A stretch of DNA of 64,000 nucleotides from Candidatus Omnitrophota bacterium (GTDB taxonomy: Bacteria > Omnitrophota > Gorgyraeia > Gygaellales > Profunditerraquicolaceae), in NCBI GenBank assembly GCA_011620275.1, contig WOZK01000017.1, forward strand, positions 3,237 to 67,236, in the 5' to 3' direction. How positions within the stretch are numbered: position 1 is the first letter of the stretch; the number at the start of each line of letters is the position of its first letter. The notes beneath the pieces are model-generated. The model worked only from the letters and a program-made list of their open reading frames with translations, had not been told where the DNA came from and did not search any database. Made by a program: the position numbers and the translations under genes. Below, piece by piece: positions 52,286-63,079 of this stretch.

Positions 52286-53356
52286 ATGTTGAAGCATCTG
52301 GAGAAGCTCGAAGAGCGTTACTGCCGGCTGGAAGAACTGCTCGCCAGCGAAGAAGTCGTCTCTGACCTGGAAAAGTGCAGTAAATACGCCAGGGAGCTTG
52401 CGGAATTGCAGGAGCCCGTGAGGCTGCTACGTTTGCACCGTAAGCTCTCCGCCGAACTGGAAGAGTTGAAACACATGCGTCACGGGCACGAAGACCGGGA
52501 GATGGCGGAATTGGTCAACCGGGAGGAAACGGCGCTTAAACAAAAGCTCGCCGGGTTTGAAGAACGTTTGCAGTCGATGCTGGAAGAAGAGGACGGCAAC
52601 GCCGACAGGGATATCATTGTCGAGATCCGCCAGGGCACCGGCGGTATGGAGGCCGCGCTGTTCGCGGCGGTGCTCTATCGTATGTATAACAAGTACGCGG
52701 ATGGTAAGGGTTGGAAAGTGGAGCCTATGTCGGTGAGCGAAACCGAGCTGGGCGGGATTAAAGAGGTCGTTTTCAGCATCAGCGGCAAAGGCGCCTATAG
52801 ATGCATGCGTTTTGAGAGCGGGGTGCATCGTGTGCAGCGCGTCCCTGAGACGGAGTCGCAGGGACGGATACACACCTCTACGGCCACGGTGGCGGTGCTG
52901 GTGGAACCGGAAGACGTGGAAATGGCGATAGACCCGGGAGACTTGAAGATAGACACCTACAGATCCTCCGGCCCGGGCGGCCAGCATATGCAAAAAACCG
53001 ATTCCGCTGTCAGGATCACGCATATCCCCACCGGAGTGGTGGTATCTTGCCAGGATGAGCGCTCCCAGCTGAAGAACAAGAACAAGGCGATGAGGATACT
53101 GCGCGCCAAGATTCTGGAAAGGAAACAGGAGGAAGAGCGGAAAAAGGTAACCACTGAACGGCGTTCCCAGATCGGTTCCGGAGAGAGAAGCGAGAAAATC
53201 CGAACTTATAATTACCCCGACCGCCGCGTCACGGATCATCGTATCAATTTTACGGTGCACAGACTGGAAGCGGTGCTGGATGGAGAATTGGAAGAGATAT
53301 CCGGGGCATTGCTTAAAGCGGAAAAAGAAGCTAAACTAAAGGAAAAGCAGGAATAA
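52286..53356 (+). CDS. prfA: Peptide chain release factor 1
   Basis: ESGVHRVQRVPETE (PxT), GGQ, RSEKIRTYN; precedes prmC. Confidence 0.96.
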   Translation: MLKHLEKLEERYCRLEELLASEEVVSDLEKCSKYARELAELQEPVRLLRLHRKLSAELEELKHMRHGHEDREMAELVNREETALKQKLAGFEERLQSMLEEEDGNADRDIIVEIRQGTGGMEAALFAAVLYRMYNKYADGKGWKVEPMSVSETELGGIKEVVFSISGKGAYRCMRFESGVHRVQRVPETESQGRIHTSTATVAVLVEPEDVEMAIDPGDLKIDTYRSSGPGGQHMQKTDSAVRITHIPTGVVVSCQDERSQLKNKNKAMRILRAKILERKQEEERKKVTTERRSQIGSGERSEKIRTYNYPDRRVTDHRINFTVHRLEAVLDGELEEISGALLKAEKEAKLKEKQE

Positions 53357-53369
53357 CCATTTCTTTGCT

Positions 53370-54146
53370 ATGAACGAAGCGGAACTTTTATTTACCGGTT
53401 TGTTGGAATGCAACAGGATATCCCTTTGTACCGGCGGCAGGCAAAAGCTGCCGGAAGGCAAGGGGAGTTTGATCGCCGGCGTCCTGAGAAGGCGTATTAA
53501 AGGCGAACCGCTGCAGTATATACTCGGCAGGACTGAATTCATGGGGTTGGATTTTCGCGTCACTCCCGATGTGCTTATTCCCAGGCCGGAGACCGAGATA
53601 TTGGTGGAGACCGTTCTGGGATATGCCGGTAAGGCAGGAGTTCGTCCGCGCATCCTCGATATAGGCACCGGTTCCGGGTGCGTGGCGGTCAGCCTGGCTC
53701 ATTACCTGCCGCAAAGCGCTGTCTGCGCCGTGGAGATCTCCGCGGCGGCGCTTCAGGTGGCGCGGGAAAACGCCTCCGCCAACCGCTGCAGGGTGGATTT
53801 TCTGAACGCAGATTTATTCCCTCCCGGAGACGGGGAGTTTGACATTGTAGTTTCTAACCCGCCCTATATCCCGGATGGGGAGTTGGGGTTTTTGCAGCGC
53901 GAGGTGCTTTTTGAACCGCGGCAGGCCCTTAGCGGAGGTGATGACGGGCTGAATTTTTACCGCCGTATCTGCGCCGGCTGCGTCGGACACCTTGTTTCTT
54001 CCGGTCTGTTGATTGTAGAGGTCGGATACGGCCAGGCGCAAGACGTGCGCGCCCTGATTTCTTCCGTGCCCGGGATGAAAGTGGAAGATACCGTTAAAGA
54101 TTACGCGGGAATAGAACGGGTTGTTGTAGCCCGCAGGCAGTCTTAG
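53370..54146 (+). CDS. prmC: Release factor glutamine methyltransferase
   Basis: EPLQYILG, LIPRPETE, LDIGTGSG, SNPPY. Confidence 0.95.
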   Translation: MNEAELLFTGLLECNRISLCTGGRQKLPEGKGSLIAGVLRRRIKGEPLQYILGRTEFMGLDFRVTPDVLIPRPETEILVETVLGYAGKAGVRPRILDIGTGSGCVAVSLAHYLPQSAVCAVEISAAALQVARENASANRCRVDFLNADLFPPGDGEFDIVVSNPPYIPDGELGFLQREVLFEPRQALSGGDDGLNFYRRICAGCVGHLVSSGLLIVEVGYGQAQDVRALISSVPGMKVEDTVKDYAGIERVVVARRQS

Positions 54147-54229
54147 AAGCGGATTTCAGAATCGTTCGTTGATTCCTGAATGTTGTGTTGTTACCGGGTT
54201 TTTGATCTTATAGCGGTTACGGCTTATTG

Positions 54230-54297
54230 ACGTTACCGTAGCCGAATATTGATACGGGTTTCATTACCTTAACCGTAGCCGGAATTTAATAAAGGAG
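54230..54297 (+). repeat. Dispersed intergenic repeat, copy B
   Basis: Matches 42091-42157; internal CCGTAGCCG twice, and a near-complement CGGTTACGG just upstream at 54214. Confidence 0.6.
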
Positions 54298-54305
54298 TAG
54301 CATAA

Positions 54306-55568
54306 ATGGACAAGCTTGTCATAGAAGGCGGGGTCAGGCTGAAAGGGGAAGTGAGCGTTTCCGGGGCCAAGAATTCGGTTCTGCCCATACTGGCGGCAAC
54401 CCTGCTTACCGACGAACCCTGTGTGCTTAAGAGGGTCCCGAACCTCAGGGATACCATGACCATGCTGAAGATATTGCGTTCCCTGGGCAAGAACGTTGAG
54501 TATGATAAAGGCACGGTGCGCATACTGGCGACAAAGCATTGCGGGTATGTAGCCGACTATAAGCTTGTTTCTACCATGCGCGCTTCTTTTTGCGTTCTCG
54601 GCCCGCTGCTCGGCAAGCTCAAGAAGGCGAAAGTGTCCCTGCCTGGCGGCTGCGTCATCGGCCTTCGGCCGGTGGACCTGCACATTAAGGGTCTGCAGGC
54701 TTTGGGAGTCGATATCGACGTGCAGGGGGGCTATGTGGTTGCCGACGCCTCCGGGCTGAAAGGCGGGTATGTTTATCTCGGCGGAGTTTTCGGCTCTTCG
54801 GTGCTGGCCACCGACAACGTGATGATGGCGGCCGTGCTGGCCCCGGGGAAGACCGTGATAGAATCGGCCGCCTGCGAACCGGAAGTGGCGGACCTGGCGG
54901 ATTTCCTGATCAAAATGGGCGCCAGAATCAAAGGCCACGGGACTCCGGTTATAGAGATCGAAGGGGTGAAATCTCTGCGCGGAGCCGAGCACAGGATTAT
55001 ACCCGACAGGATAGAGGCCGGGACTTTCATACTGGCGGCTTTAATCACCAAAGGCGATATCAAATTGAGGAACGTGATGCCGGAGCATCTGGGAGCGATG
55101 TTCGATAAATTGATCCGGGCCGGCGCCTCGCTGCAGCGGCATGACCATATGGTGCGCGCTTCCCTTAAAAAGGATTTGAAACCGGTCAGCATAACCACGC
55201 TCCCTTACCCGGGTTTCCCTACCGATATGCAGGCGCAGATAATGAGCCTGATGTGTGTCACCCCGGGTATCAGCGTGATAACCGAAAAAATATATCCGGA
55301 CAGATTCATGCATGTCGCCGAGCTTAACCGCATGGGCGCGCGCATCCAGCGTGAAGGGCCTTACGCGATCGTGGAAGGTGTAAAGAAACTTTCCGGGGCG
55401 CCGGTAATGGCCTCAGACCTGCGCGCTTCGGCTTCCCTGGTCCTTGCCGGGCTGGTGGCAGGCGGCAAAACCTCCATTTCAAGGATATATCACCTGGAAC
55501 GCGGTTATGAAGGTATAGAGGAAAAATTCAGGAACCTGGGCGCCAGGATCCGGCGCCAGAAGGAATAA
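54306..55568 (+). CDS. murA: UDP-N-acetylglucosamine 1-carboxyvinyltransferase
   Basis: SGAKNS, MRAS, LPGGCVIG.RPVDLH, PDRIEAGT, PGFPTDMQ, DLRA. Confidence 0.97.
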   Translation: MDKLVIEGGVRLKGEVSVSGAKNSVLPILAATLLTDEPCVLKRVPNLRDTMTMLKILRSLGKNVEYDKGTVRILATKHCGYVADYKLVSTMRASFCVLGPLLGKLKKAKVSLPGGCVIGLRPVDLHIKGLQALGVDIDVQGGYVVADASGLKGGYVYLGGVFGSSVLATDNVMMAAVLAPGKTVIESAACEPEVADLADFLIKMGARIKGHGTPVIEIEGVKSLRGAEHRIIPDRIEAGTFILAALITKGDIKLRNVMPEHLGAMFDKLIRAGASLQRHDHMVRASLKKDLKPVSITTLPYPGFPTDMQAQIMSLMCVTPGISVITEKIYPDRFMHVAELNRMGARIQREGPYAIVEGVKKLSGAPVMASDLRASASLVLAGLVAGGKTSISRIYHLERGYEGIEEKFRNLGARIRRQKE

Positions 55569-55625
55569 TTGCCCGGAGCGGAAAGGTTTTTTTCTAAAGG
55601 CGGGCGTTTACCAAGGAGCGGCAAG

Positions 55626-56189
55626 ATGGTCCTGATGATAGATAACTATGATTCTTTTACCTATAATATAGTGCAGTATCTGGCTGATCTTGGCTGCCGG
55701 GTTAAGGTGATCAGGAACGACAAGATAGATGCCGCGGGAGTGCGGCGTCTTTACCCGGAACGCATGGTCATCTCTCCGGGTCCCGGAGCTCCCCGGGACG
55801 CGGGCATATCCTGCAGCCTGATCTCGGAATTCTCCGGCAGGATACCTATCCTCGGCGTCTGCCTGGGGCACCAGTGTATAGGACAGGTTTTCGGCGGAAG
55901 AATAGTGCACGCCAAATCAATCATGCACGGAAAGACCTCGCGCATTTATCACCGCGGGAAAGGGGTGTTCCAGGGTCTGCCTAATCCGTTCGAAGCGACC
56001 AGGTATCATTCTCTGGCGGTGGAAGAAACATCTTTGCCCCGGTGTCTGGAGGTCACGGCCAGGACGAAAGACGGGGAGATCATGGGGCTGCAGCACAGGA
56101 AATACAAAGTTTACGGCGTGCAGTTCCATCCGGAATCGATATTGACCGGCTGCGGCAAACAACTTCTAAAGAACTTTCTAGCCATATGA
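55626..56189 (+). CDS. trpG: Anthranilate/aminodeoxychorismate synthase component II (glutamine amidotransferase)
   Basis: [34 protein letters not shown]. Confidence 0.93.
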   Translation: MVLMIDNYDSFTYNIVQYLADLGCRVKVIRNDKIDAAGVRRLYPERMVISPGPGAPRDAGISCSLISEFSGRIPILGVCLGHQCIGQVFGGRIVHAKSIMHGKTSRIYHRGKGVFQGLPNPFEATRYHSLAVEETSLPRCLEVTARTKDGEIMGLQHRKYKVYGVQFHPESILTGCGKQLLKNFLAI

Positions 56190-57205
56190 TCGAAAGATAC
56201 ACACAACTGCTGTTTGAAGGGAAGGTCCTTTCTTCCGCGGAAATGTCGGAGGCGATGGAGATTATAATGTCCGGTTCCGAGGGGACGGATGCCGTCGCGG
56301 ATTTCCTGCGGGCGTTGTCCGGACGCGAGACCGTGGAAGAGGTTACGGCCGCCGCAGAAGTTATGCGCGTGCATTGCCTGAAGATCCATACCGGAAGGGC
56401 CGACGTGCTGGATACCTGCGGCACGGGCGGGGACAAGAAAGGGACTTTCAACGTCTCCACCGCCGCGGCGTTCGTGGCGGCCGGCTGCGGCATTACCGTG
56501 GCCAAGCACGGCAACCGCTCGGTTTCCAGCAACTGCGGCAGCGCCGATATCCTCGAGGCCTGCGGCATCAACATCTGCCTCTCTCCGGAACAGACTAAAG
56601 AATGTCTCTTGAAGACCGGAATCGCTTTTCTTTTCGCCCCGGCTTTTCATCCCTCGGTCAGGTATGCCATGCCCGCCCGCAGGCAGATAAAAGGCAGGAC
56701 TATTTTCAATCTCCTCGGACCTCTGGTCAATCCCGCCGGCACCAGGCACCAGCTCGTAGGCGTATACGAGCGCAACAAGACCTGTTTTGTCTGTGAGGTG
56801 CTGGCCAACCTGGGCTCACTCCATGTCCTGGCGGTGCACGGCAGCGACGGGCTGGACGAAATAACCATTGGTGGAGTCACTTATGTCTGTGAATTCAACC
56901 GCGGTAGCCTGCGCGAGTTTGAAATATCCCCCGAAGACATGGGGTTTTCGAGAAGGGAACTCTCTTCCATTGCCGGCAACGGTCCGGCAGCGAACGCCGT
57001 TATAATGCTCGATGTATTGAAAGGGGCCTCCGGCGCTTACCGCGACACCGTGCTGATGAACGCCGCTGTCGCTATCTACGCCGCCGACGCTGCGTCTTCC
57101 CTTGAGGAAGCGATGCAGAAGGCGGTCAGCGCGCTGGATTCAGGCCGGGCTCTGGAAAAGTTCAATCTCCTGAGAGAATTTACGGTCAAGCAGGAGAGAA
57201 AATGA
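56186..57205 (+). CDS. trpD: Anthranilate phosphoribosyltransferase
   Basis: [38 protein letters not shown]. Confidence 0.95.
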   Translation: MIERYTQLLFEGKVLSSAEMSEAMEIIMSGSEGTDAVADFLRALSGRETVEEVTAAAEVMRVHCLKIHTGRADVLDTCGTGGDKKGTFNVSTAAAFVAAGCGITVAKHGNRSVSSNCGSADILEACGINICLSPEQTKECLLKTGIAFLFAPAFHPSVRYAMPARRQIKGRTIFNLLGPLVNPAGTRHQLVGVYERNKTCFVCEVLANLGSLHVLAVHGSDGLDEITIGGVTYVCEFNRGSLREFEISPEDMGFSRRELSSIAGNGPAANAVIMLDVLKGASGAYRDTVLMNAAVAIYAADAASSLEEAMQKAVSALDSGRALEKFNLLREFTVKQERK

Positions 57206-57987
57206 AGAAAGACATCTTGAAAGATATAGTAAAGCGTAAGAGGGAAAGGCTGGCTGCGACTACGGAGCAGCTGCCGGAAGAGGAAGTCAAAGCGAGGCTG
57301 AAGGATATCCCGCCGCCTTTGCCGTTCAGGCAGGCGATAGTAAAACCGAGGGAGATCTCTCTTATCGCCGAGGTGAAAAAAGCTTCCCCTTCGGCAGGGG
57401 TGATACGGGAACGGTTTTCCCCGGTTGAGATAGCCGCTGCTTACGAACAGGCCGGTGCCCAGGCGCTTTCCGTGCTTACCGAAGAAGACTTTTTTTACGG
57501 TTCGCCCGTTTATCTGCGGGAGATCAAGAGAAGCGTCAAGATTCCGGTGCTGCGCAAGGACTTTCTGCTTGAGCCTTACCAGGTTTACGAGTCGCGCATG
57601 CTGGGGGCCGACGCTATACTCCTGATCGCCGACCTGCTCTCCAAAGACAAGTTGAGCGAGCTGTACGGTATCGCCTCCGGTCTGGGTATGGACTGTCTGA
57701 TAGAGTCGCACGGCGAAAAGGACTTGAAGAAAGCGGTCTCTTTGCAATTTCCCTTGCTGGGATTGAATAACCGCGATCTGCGCACCCTGGAAGTGGACAT
57801 TAAGACCACGGAGAGGCTTTATCCTCTTGTGCCCAAAGACAGGAATGTGGTGGTGGAGAGCGGGATACGCAGCCGTTCCGACGTCCTTTTCCTGAAAGTG
57901 CTGGGAGTGAGCGCGGTGCTCATCGGCTCCGTTTTTATGGAGAGCGCGGATATCGGCGCCAAAGTGAACGAGGTGATGGGGTGGTAG
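57202..57987 (+). CDS. trpC: Indole-3-glycerol phosphate synthase
   Basis: IAEVKKASPS, SVLTE, LRKDF, NNRDL, VESGI. Confidence 0.95.
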   Translation: MKKDILKDIVKRKRERLAATTEQLPEEEVKARLKDIPPPLPFRQAIVKPREISLIAEVKKASPSAGVIRERFSPVEIAAAYEQAGAQALSVLTEEDFFYGSPVYLREIKRSVKIPVLRKDFLLEPYQVYESRMLGADAILLIADLLSKDKLSELYGIASGLGMDCLIESHGEKDLKKAVSLQFPLLGLNNRDLRTLEVDIKTTERLYPLVPKDRNVVVESGIRSRSDVLFLKVLGVSAVLIGSVFMESADIGAKVNEVMGW

Positions 57988-58622
57988 CGTTAAAGCGTCC
58001 GCTGGTCAAGATCTGCGGTATAACCAGTTTGCAGGACGCGCTCGCCGCGGCCGAAGCCGGTTGCGACGCGCTGGGGTTCATTTTCTACCGCGGAAGCCCG
58101 CGTTACATTACTCCGGAGAAAGCCGCGCGTATAATCTCTTCGCTGCCGGGAAAGATATTGAAGGTCGGGGTTTTCGTGGATGCTCCGAAGGCGTACATCC
58201 TGAGAGCGGTGAAGGATTGCGCCCTCGACGCTGTGCAACTGCACGGAAAAGAACCTCCTGAATACTGCGCCGGCCTTAAGGGGATCAAATTGATAAAAGC
58301 CTTCGGACTTAAATTGCCTCCGGACCCCGCGGTTTTGAGGCAATACAGGGGGGTCTGGGCGTTTCTTTTCGACGCCTACGCTCCTAAAGCCAAAGGCGGG
58401 ACAGGGAAGGCCTTTGACTGGGATATGCTTTCCGGATTGAAGATAAAGAACAGGGTATTCCTTTCCGGCGGTCTGCACGCCGGAAACGTCGCGCGCGCGA
58501 TAAAAAAAGTCCGGCCCGACTGGGTGGACGCCGGCAGCCGCCTGGAGAGCGCCCCGGGCAAGAAAGACATATGTAAAATGTCGGCGTTCATTGCGGCAGT
58601 GACCGCGGCCGTGCATAAATAG
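57981..58622 (+). CDS. trpF: Phosphoribosylanthranilate isomerase
   Basis: VKICGIT, SPRYI, VQLHG.E, GGTG..FDW, LSGGL. Confidence 0.94.
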   Translation: MVALKRPLVKICGITSLQDALAAAEAGCDALGFIFYRGSPRYITPEKAARIISSLPGKILKVGVFVDAPKAYILRAVKDCALDAVQLHGKEPPEYCAGLKGIKLIKAFGLKLPPDPAVLRQYRGVWAFLFDAYAPKAKGGTGKAFDWDMLSGLKIKNRVFLSGGLHAGNVARAIKKVRPDWVDAGSRLESAPGKKDICKMSAFIAAVTAAVHK

Positions 58623-58623
58623 C

Positions 58624-58652
58624 TTTACCGGATTTTACGTTTGTGATAGATT
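58624..58652 (+). promoter_or_regulatory. Possible internal promoter before trpB
   Basis: TTTACC-17 nt-TAGATT with extended -10 TG in the AT-rich trpF-trpB gap. Confidence 0.35.
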
Positions 58653-58703
58653 AAACAAAATGTGTTAACCGGACGAAGGCGTATGCCGGACCGGAAGGAT
58701 GAT

Positions 58704-59888
58704 ATGAAAATACCTGACAAAACGGGACATTTCGGGGATTTCGGAGGGAGCTTCGTACCCGAGACGCTGGTTTGCGCCCTGCGTGAACTGGAAGACGAAT
58801 ACCTGCGCGCCGGCCGCGACCCCGGTTTCCGCAAGCAGATGGATTATTATCTCAAAGAATACACGGGGAGACCGACCCCGCTTTATCTCGCTTCCCGCCT
58901 GAGCAGTTATCTCGGCATAGGCAGGGTTTACCTGAAGAGGGAAGACCTATTGCACACCGGGGCGCATAAGATCAATAATACCGTCGGTCAGGCTTTGCTC
59001 GCTCTGCGCATGAAGAAGCCCAGAGTGATAGCCGAGACCGGAGCAGGCCAGCACGGCGTGGCCACCGCCACGGTCGCGGCACGGTTCGGGCTGAAATGCG
59101 CGGTCTATATGGGAAGAGAGGATGTGGAACGCCAGAAGCCCAACGTTTTCCGCATGAAACTGTTGGGCGCCGAGGTGGTACCGGTCACTCAAGGCTCGAT
59201 GACCTTGAAAGACGCCATGACCGAGGCCATGCGAGACTGGGTTACCAATGTCAGGAACACTTATTACGTGGTCGGCACAGTCGCCGGCCCGCATCCGTAT
59301 CCTCTTCTGGTCAGGGATTTTCAGTCCGTTATCGGACGCGAGGCAAAAAGCCAGATATTGAAGAAAGAAGGCAGGCTCCCGGATTTTCTTTTGGCCTGCG
59401 TGGGAGGCGGGAGCAACGCCATCGGTTTGTTCCATCCTTTTTACGCCGATAGGAAAGTCGTTTTTATCGGGGTGGAGGCAGCCGGCGAAGGGCTGTCGGG
59501 AAATAAACACGCCGCGAGCCTCAGCAAAGGAAAGACCGGCGTTCTGCACGGGTGCAAGTCCGCTTTTATGCAGGATGCCGACGGCCAGGTGCTTAACGCC
59601 CATTCCATAGCCGCCGGACTGGATTATCCGGGGGTCGGCCCGGAACACGCTTTTTACAAACGGAGCGGCAGGGCGGAATACGTTTCCGTAACCGACGCAG
59701 AGGCGTTGGAAGGGTTTAAACTGCTTTCCCGTACCGAAGGTATAATACCCGCCCTGGAGTCTTCCCATGCCGTAGCCTATCTGCTGAAGATGCGCAGGCG
59801 GCTGAGAAAGAATTCCATTACCGTGCTTTGCCTTTCCGGCAGGGGCGATAAGGACCTGGGGATAGTGACGCCGAGGCTTGATCTATGA
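58704..59888 (+). CDS. trpB: Tryptophan synthase beta chain
   Basis: [51 protein letters not shown]. Confidence 0.97.
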   Translation: MKIPDKTGHFGDFGGSFVPETLVCALRELEDEYLRAGRDPGFRKQMDYYLKEYTGRPTPLYLASRLSSYLGIGRVYLKREDLLHTGAHKINNTVGQALLALRMKKPRVIAETGAGQHGVATATVAARFGLKCAVYMGREDVERQKPNVFRMKLLGAEVVPVTQGSMTLKDAMTEAMRDWVTNVRNTYYVVGTVAGPHPYPLLVRDFQSVIGREAKSQILKKEGRLPDFLLACVGGGSNAIGLFHPFYADRKVVFIGVEAAGEGLSGNKHAASLSKGKTGVLHGCKSAFMQDADGQVLNAHSIAAGLDYPGVGPEHAFYKRSGRAEYVSVTDAEALEGFKLLSRTEGIIPALESSHAVAYLLKMRRRLRKNSITVLCLSGRGDKDLGIVTPRLDL

Positions 59889-60703
59889 GTATTCACCTGA
59901 ACAGAATAGACGCGAAGTTCGAGTCTCTTGGGAGAGATAAGAAGAAAGCTTTCATAGCCTTTCTTACCGCCGGTTATCCTTCTCTCGCTGAGACGGGAAA
60001 GCTGGTGCTCTCACTGGAAAAGGCGGGCGCTGATATAGTGGAACTGGGAGTGCCTTTTTCTGATCCCCTGGCCGACGGACCGGTGATCCAGGAATCATCC
60101 CGGCAGGCGCTGCTTAAAGGCGTCACGCTGCGCAAGATCATAGCGCTGGTAAAACGATTGCGCAGGCGCACAGCCATACCGCTTTGCCTGATGACGTATT
60201 ACAATCCGGTCCTCAGCTACGGCGAAGAAAGGTTCGCCCGGGATGCGGCCGGCGCCGGGGTAGACGGCGTCATCGTGCCGGACCTTCCTCCGGAGGAAGC
60301 AGTGAATTTAAGAAAAGAATGTTCGCTCCGCGGAGTGCACACCATCTTTTTCGTTTCCCCCACCACCACTAAAGAACGCATGCGCAAGATAGCGCGGCTT
60401 TCCGGCGGGTTCATCTATTATCTTTCCGTTACCGGCGTTACCGGCGTCCGTTCATCCCTGCCGAAGGAAGCGGTCAAACAGGTGCGCCTGCTGCGCGGGC
60501 TTACCCGCAAGCCGGTATGCATGGGTTTCGGCATCTCGACTCCTGAGCAGGTGCGGGGCGTCTGCCGCGCGGCCGACGGGGCCATCGTGGGCAGCGCTAT
60601 CGTTAATTGTATCCGCGTGGAGGCGGCCGGAAAAAAAGGCGGCGCCGCGCGCGGGCTGGAGATATTTGTTTCCCTCCTGAGCAGGGAGGCCCACCGTGTA
60701 TAA
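59885..60703 (+). CDS. trpA: Tryptophan synthase alpha chain
   Basis: [38 protein letters not shown]. Confidence 0.96.
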   Translation: MSIHLNRIDAKFESLGRDKKKAFIAFLTAGYPSLAETGKLVLSLEKAGADIVELGVPFSDPLADGPVIQESSRQALLKGVTLRKIIALVKRLRRRTAIPLCLMTYYNPVLSYGEERFARDAAGAGVDGVIVPDLPPEEAVNLRKECSLRGVHTIFFVSPTTTKERMRKIARLSGGFIYYLSVTGVTGVRSSLPKEAVKQVRLLRGLTRKPVCMGFGISTPEQVRGVCRAADGAIVGSAIVNCIRVEAAGKKGGAARGLEIFVSLLSREAHRV

Positions 60704-61976
60704 AAAGACGGTGATGAAAACCGGGCTGACGGTCGTCACCTGCTCCATGCCTTGGCGGCGTTCCGTTTCTCTTGGTATATGGATAAAGGCCGGCGGCAGG
60801 CACGAGACTCGGGCGAATAAAGGCATCAGCCATGTCCTGGAACACATGCTTTTCAAGGGCAGTTCCAAGTATTCCTGCCGGCAGATAAAAGAATCCGTGG
60901 AGGGGGCGGGGGGAAGCCTGAATGGTTTCACTTCCGAAGAAGCGACATGTTATCTGGTAAAAGTCCCTGCGGCGAAAATGAGAATGGGGCTTGACATTCT
61001 TTCCGACATGGTGCTGCGTCCTTCTTTGCCTCAAGCGGATTTCACCAGGGAGAAGTCGGTGATCCTGGAAGAGCTTAAGATGTATAAGGACCTGCCGCAG
61101 AGCTATGTGTTTGGACTGCTCGATCAGTTGCTCTGGCCTGGACACCCGCTGGGTATGGGGATTATAGGTTTCGAGGATTCCCTGGCGGCGTTGACCAGGG
61201 ATGAACTGCGCAGTTACCTTCGCGGGCATTACGTCCCGGCCGGCATCGTGGTGAGCGCCGCCGGTGCTCTGGAGCATTCCGGGTTTTGTCGGATGTGCGG
61301 TACTGCTTTCGCCTCCGCCGACAAGAAAGGCAAAGGGCAGGCAGCGTATCTGCCGGTAAAAGACGCGCTTGACGCAGGCCCGAAAGTGAAACTTTTCCGC
61401 AAAGATACGGAACAGACGCATATTGCCATGGGTTTCCGCGCGTTCCCGCGCGAACATAAGTTCAAATACGCCTCGGCTCTGCTGCATATAATCCTGGGCG
61501 CCAATATGTCCAGCCGCCTCTTTCACGAGGTGCGCGAAAAAAGGGGACTGGCTTATGAGATCGGCACGCAGGTCAGGAGATTCCACGATACCGGAGCGTT
61601 TATCGTGCATGCCGGCATAGACAACGGCAAGACCGTCCAGGCGATGGAGGTCGTGATCGCCGAACTGCGCAGGATAAGGCGCAAGCCGGTGGAAAAAGGA
61701 GAGTTGAAGCGGGCAAAGGATTATTTTCTCGGACAGTTGATGCTGTCCCTTGAGGATTCAATGGAACAGATGCTTTTTACCGGAGAGGCGGTAGCGCTGG
61801 GCGGAGACATACGCACTTACGAAGAAATCGCCGCCGGTATATCCAAAGTCTCGGCGGAGGAGATAAAGGACGCGGCCGTGGAGGTCTTTACCAAGAACAA
61901 ACTGCGTTTCGCCGCCATCGGGGCGGCGGTAGACGACGAACGCGGCTTTTCGCGGCTCTGGCCGGGATTGGAATAA
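60696..61976 (+). CDS. M16 (pitrilysin-family) zinc peptidase
   Basis: Inverted zinc motif HVLEH(MLFKG), NGFTS.E, SSRLF.EVREKRGLAY. Confidence 0.92.
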   Translation: MYKKTVMKTGLTVVTCSMPWRRSVSLGIWIKAGGRHETRANKGISHVLEHMLFKGSSKYSCRQIKESVEGAGGSLNGFTSEEATCYLVKVPAAKMRMGLDILSDMVLRPSLPQADFTREKSVILEELKMYKDLPQSYVFGLLDQLLWPGHPLGMGIIGFEDSLAALTRDELRSYLRGHYVPAGIVVSAAGALEHSGFCRMCGTAFASADKKGKGQAAYLPVKDALDAGPKVKLFRKDTEQTHIAMGFRAFPREHKFKYASALLHIILGANMSSRLFHEVREKRGLAYEIGTQVRRFHDTGAFIVHAGIDNGKTVQAMEVVIAELRRIRRKPVEKGELKRAKDYFLGQLMLSLEDSMEQMLFTGEAVALGGDIRTYEEIAAGISKVSAEEIKDAAVEVFTKNKLRFAAIGAAVDDERGFSRLWPGLE

Positions 61977-61981
61977 AAGGT

Positions 61982-63013
61982 ATGACGGGTTTCCTGTATC
62001 TTTTCGTCACGTTGCTGGCATTGTTTCTCCTTTTTTCTCTTTCCGCCCTCTTCAGCGCTTCCGAAACCTCCATAATCGGCCTGAGCAAGATACGTCTGCG
62101 CCACCTGCTTTCCAAGGAGCCGCGCAAGGCGCAGCACATCCAGGACCTGGTGGTCAAGCTGGACAAGTTCATCGTCGCCATCTTGCTCGGCAATAATTTC
62201 GTGAACATCTCCATATCCGCCATACTCACCGCCGCGACCGTCAAGGTTCTGGGGGTTCAGTACGGCGTGTTGGTTTCGACGCTTTCGGCGACCTTCTTCG
62301 TGCTTATCTTCTGTGAGATCGTTCCCAAGACCCTGGCGATCAAGCACACGGAAAAGATCGCCATGTTCTCCGCGCCCCTGATGGGCGCTTACATACGCAT
62401 ATTCAATCCGTTAATAGTTTTTTTCGGCAGTGTCAGCGCCATGGTCCTCAAGCTTATGCGTGTCCCGCCGGTCAGGCGTTCCCCTCTGATAACAGAAGAG
62501 GAACTGCGTCTGATGATAGAGGTAGGCAAGGAAGAAGGGGTGCTTACCGATGAAGAGAGGAAAATGCTGCACCGCATTTTTGAATTCGGGGATACCCGTT
62601 TGGAAGAGGTGATGGTGCCAAGCGAGAAGATTGTCGCGGTCAGCTCGGACGCCGGGCAGGAGGAACTCCTGGCCATTTTCGTAGAACAGGGACACCAGCG
62701 GCTTCCGGTGTATCATGGCGGCAGGAATAACGTTATCGGTATCATTTACGCGCACGACCTGCTTTATATACTGCGTGACAGGCCGCTGGTGGTGGTTCAG
62801 GATCTGATACATAAGCCTTATTGCGTGCCTCCGGGGATGAGGGTCAGCGAACTGCTCAGGAAGTTCCAGTCGGACAAAATACAGATCGCCATAGTCACAG
62901 ACGAGAAAGGCCTGGCGCTGGGCCTGGTCACTCTGGAAGATTTGTTGGAAGAGATCGTAGGGGAAATAGAGGAAGAACCGGTAAAGCACCACCAGCGGCA
63001 GAAAAGAAGTTGA
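61982..63013 (+). CDS. CNNM/DUF21 + CBS-pair protein (hemolysin/CorC family)
   Basis: FSASETS, LLGNN.VNI, EIVPKTLA, CBS pair ending VTLEDLLEEIVGEI; no CorC C-terminal domain. Confidence 0.88.
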   Translation: MTGFLYLFVTLLALFLLFSLSALFSASETSIIGLSKIRLRHLLSKEPRKAQHIQDLVVKLDKFIVAILLGNNFVNISISAILTAATVKVLGVQYGVLVSTLSATFFVLIFCEIVPKTLAIKHTEKIAMFSAPLMGAYIRIFNPLIVFFGSVSAMVLKLMRVPPVRRSPLITEEELRLMIEVGKEEGVLTDEERKMLHRIFEFGDTRLEEVMVPSEKIVAVSSDAGQEELLAIFVEQGHQRLPVYHGGRNNVIGIIYAHDLLYILRDRPLVVVQDLIHKPYCVPPGMRVSELLRKFQSDKIQIAIVTDEKGLALGLVTLEDLLEEIVGEIEEEPVKHHQRQKRS

Positions 63014-63037
63014 CCTGTTAGCGGGCGGGTGTATAAT
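63010..63037 (+). promoter_or_regulatory. Sigma70-type promoter
   Basis: TTGACC-16 nt-TATAAT; AAGGAGG SD downstream at 63067-63073. Confidence 0.7.
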
Positions 63038-63079
63038 GTGGTGCGTTAGACTTTACTACGCCCAACAAGGAGGACGGCA

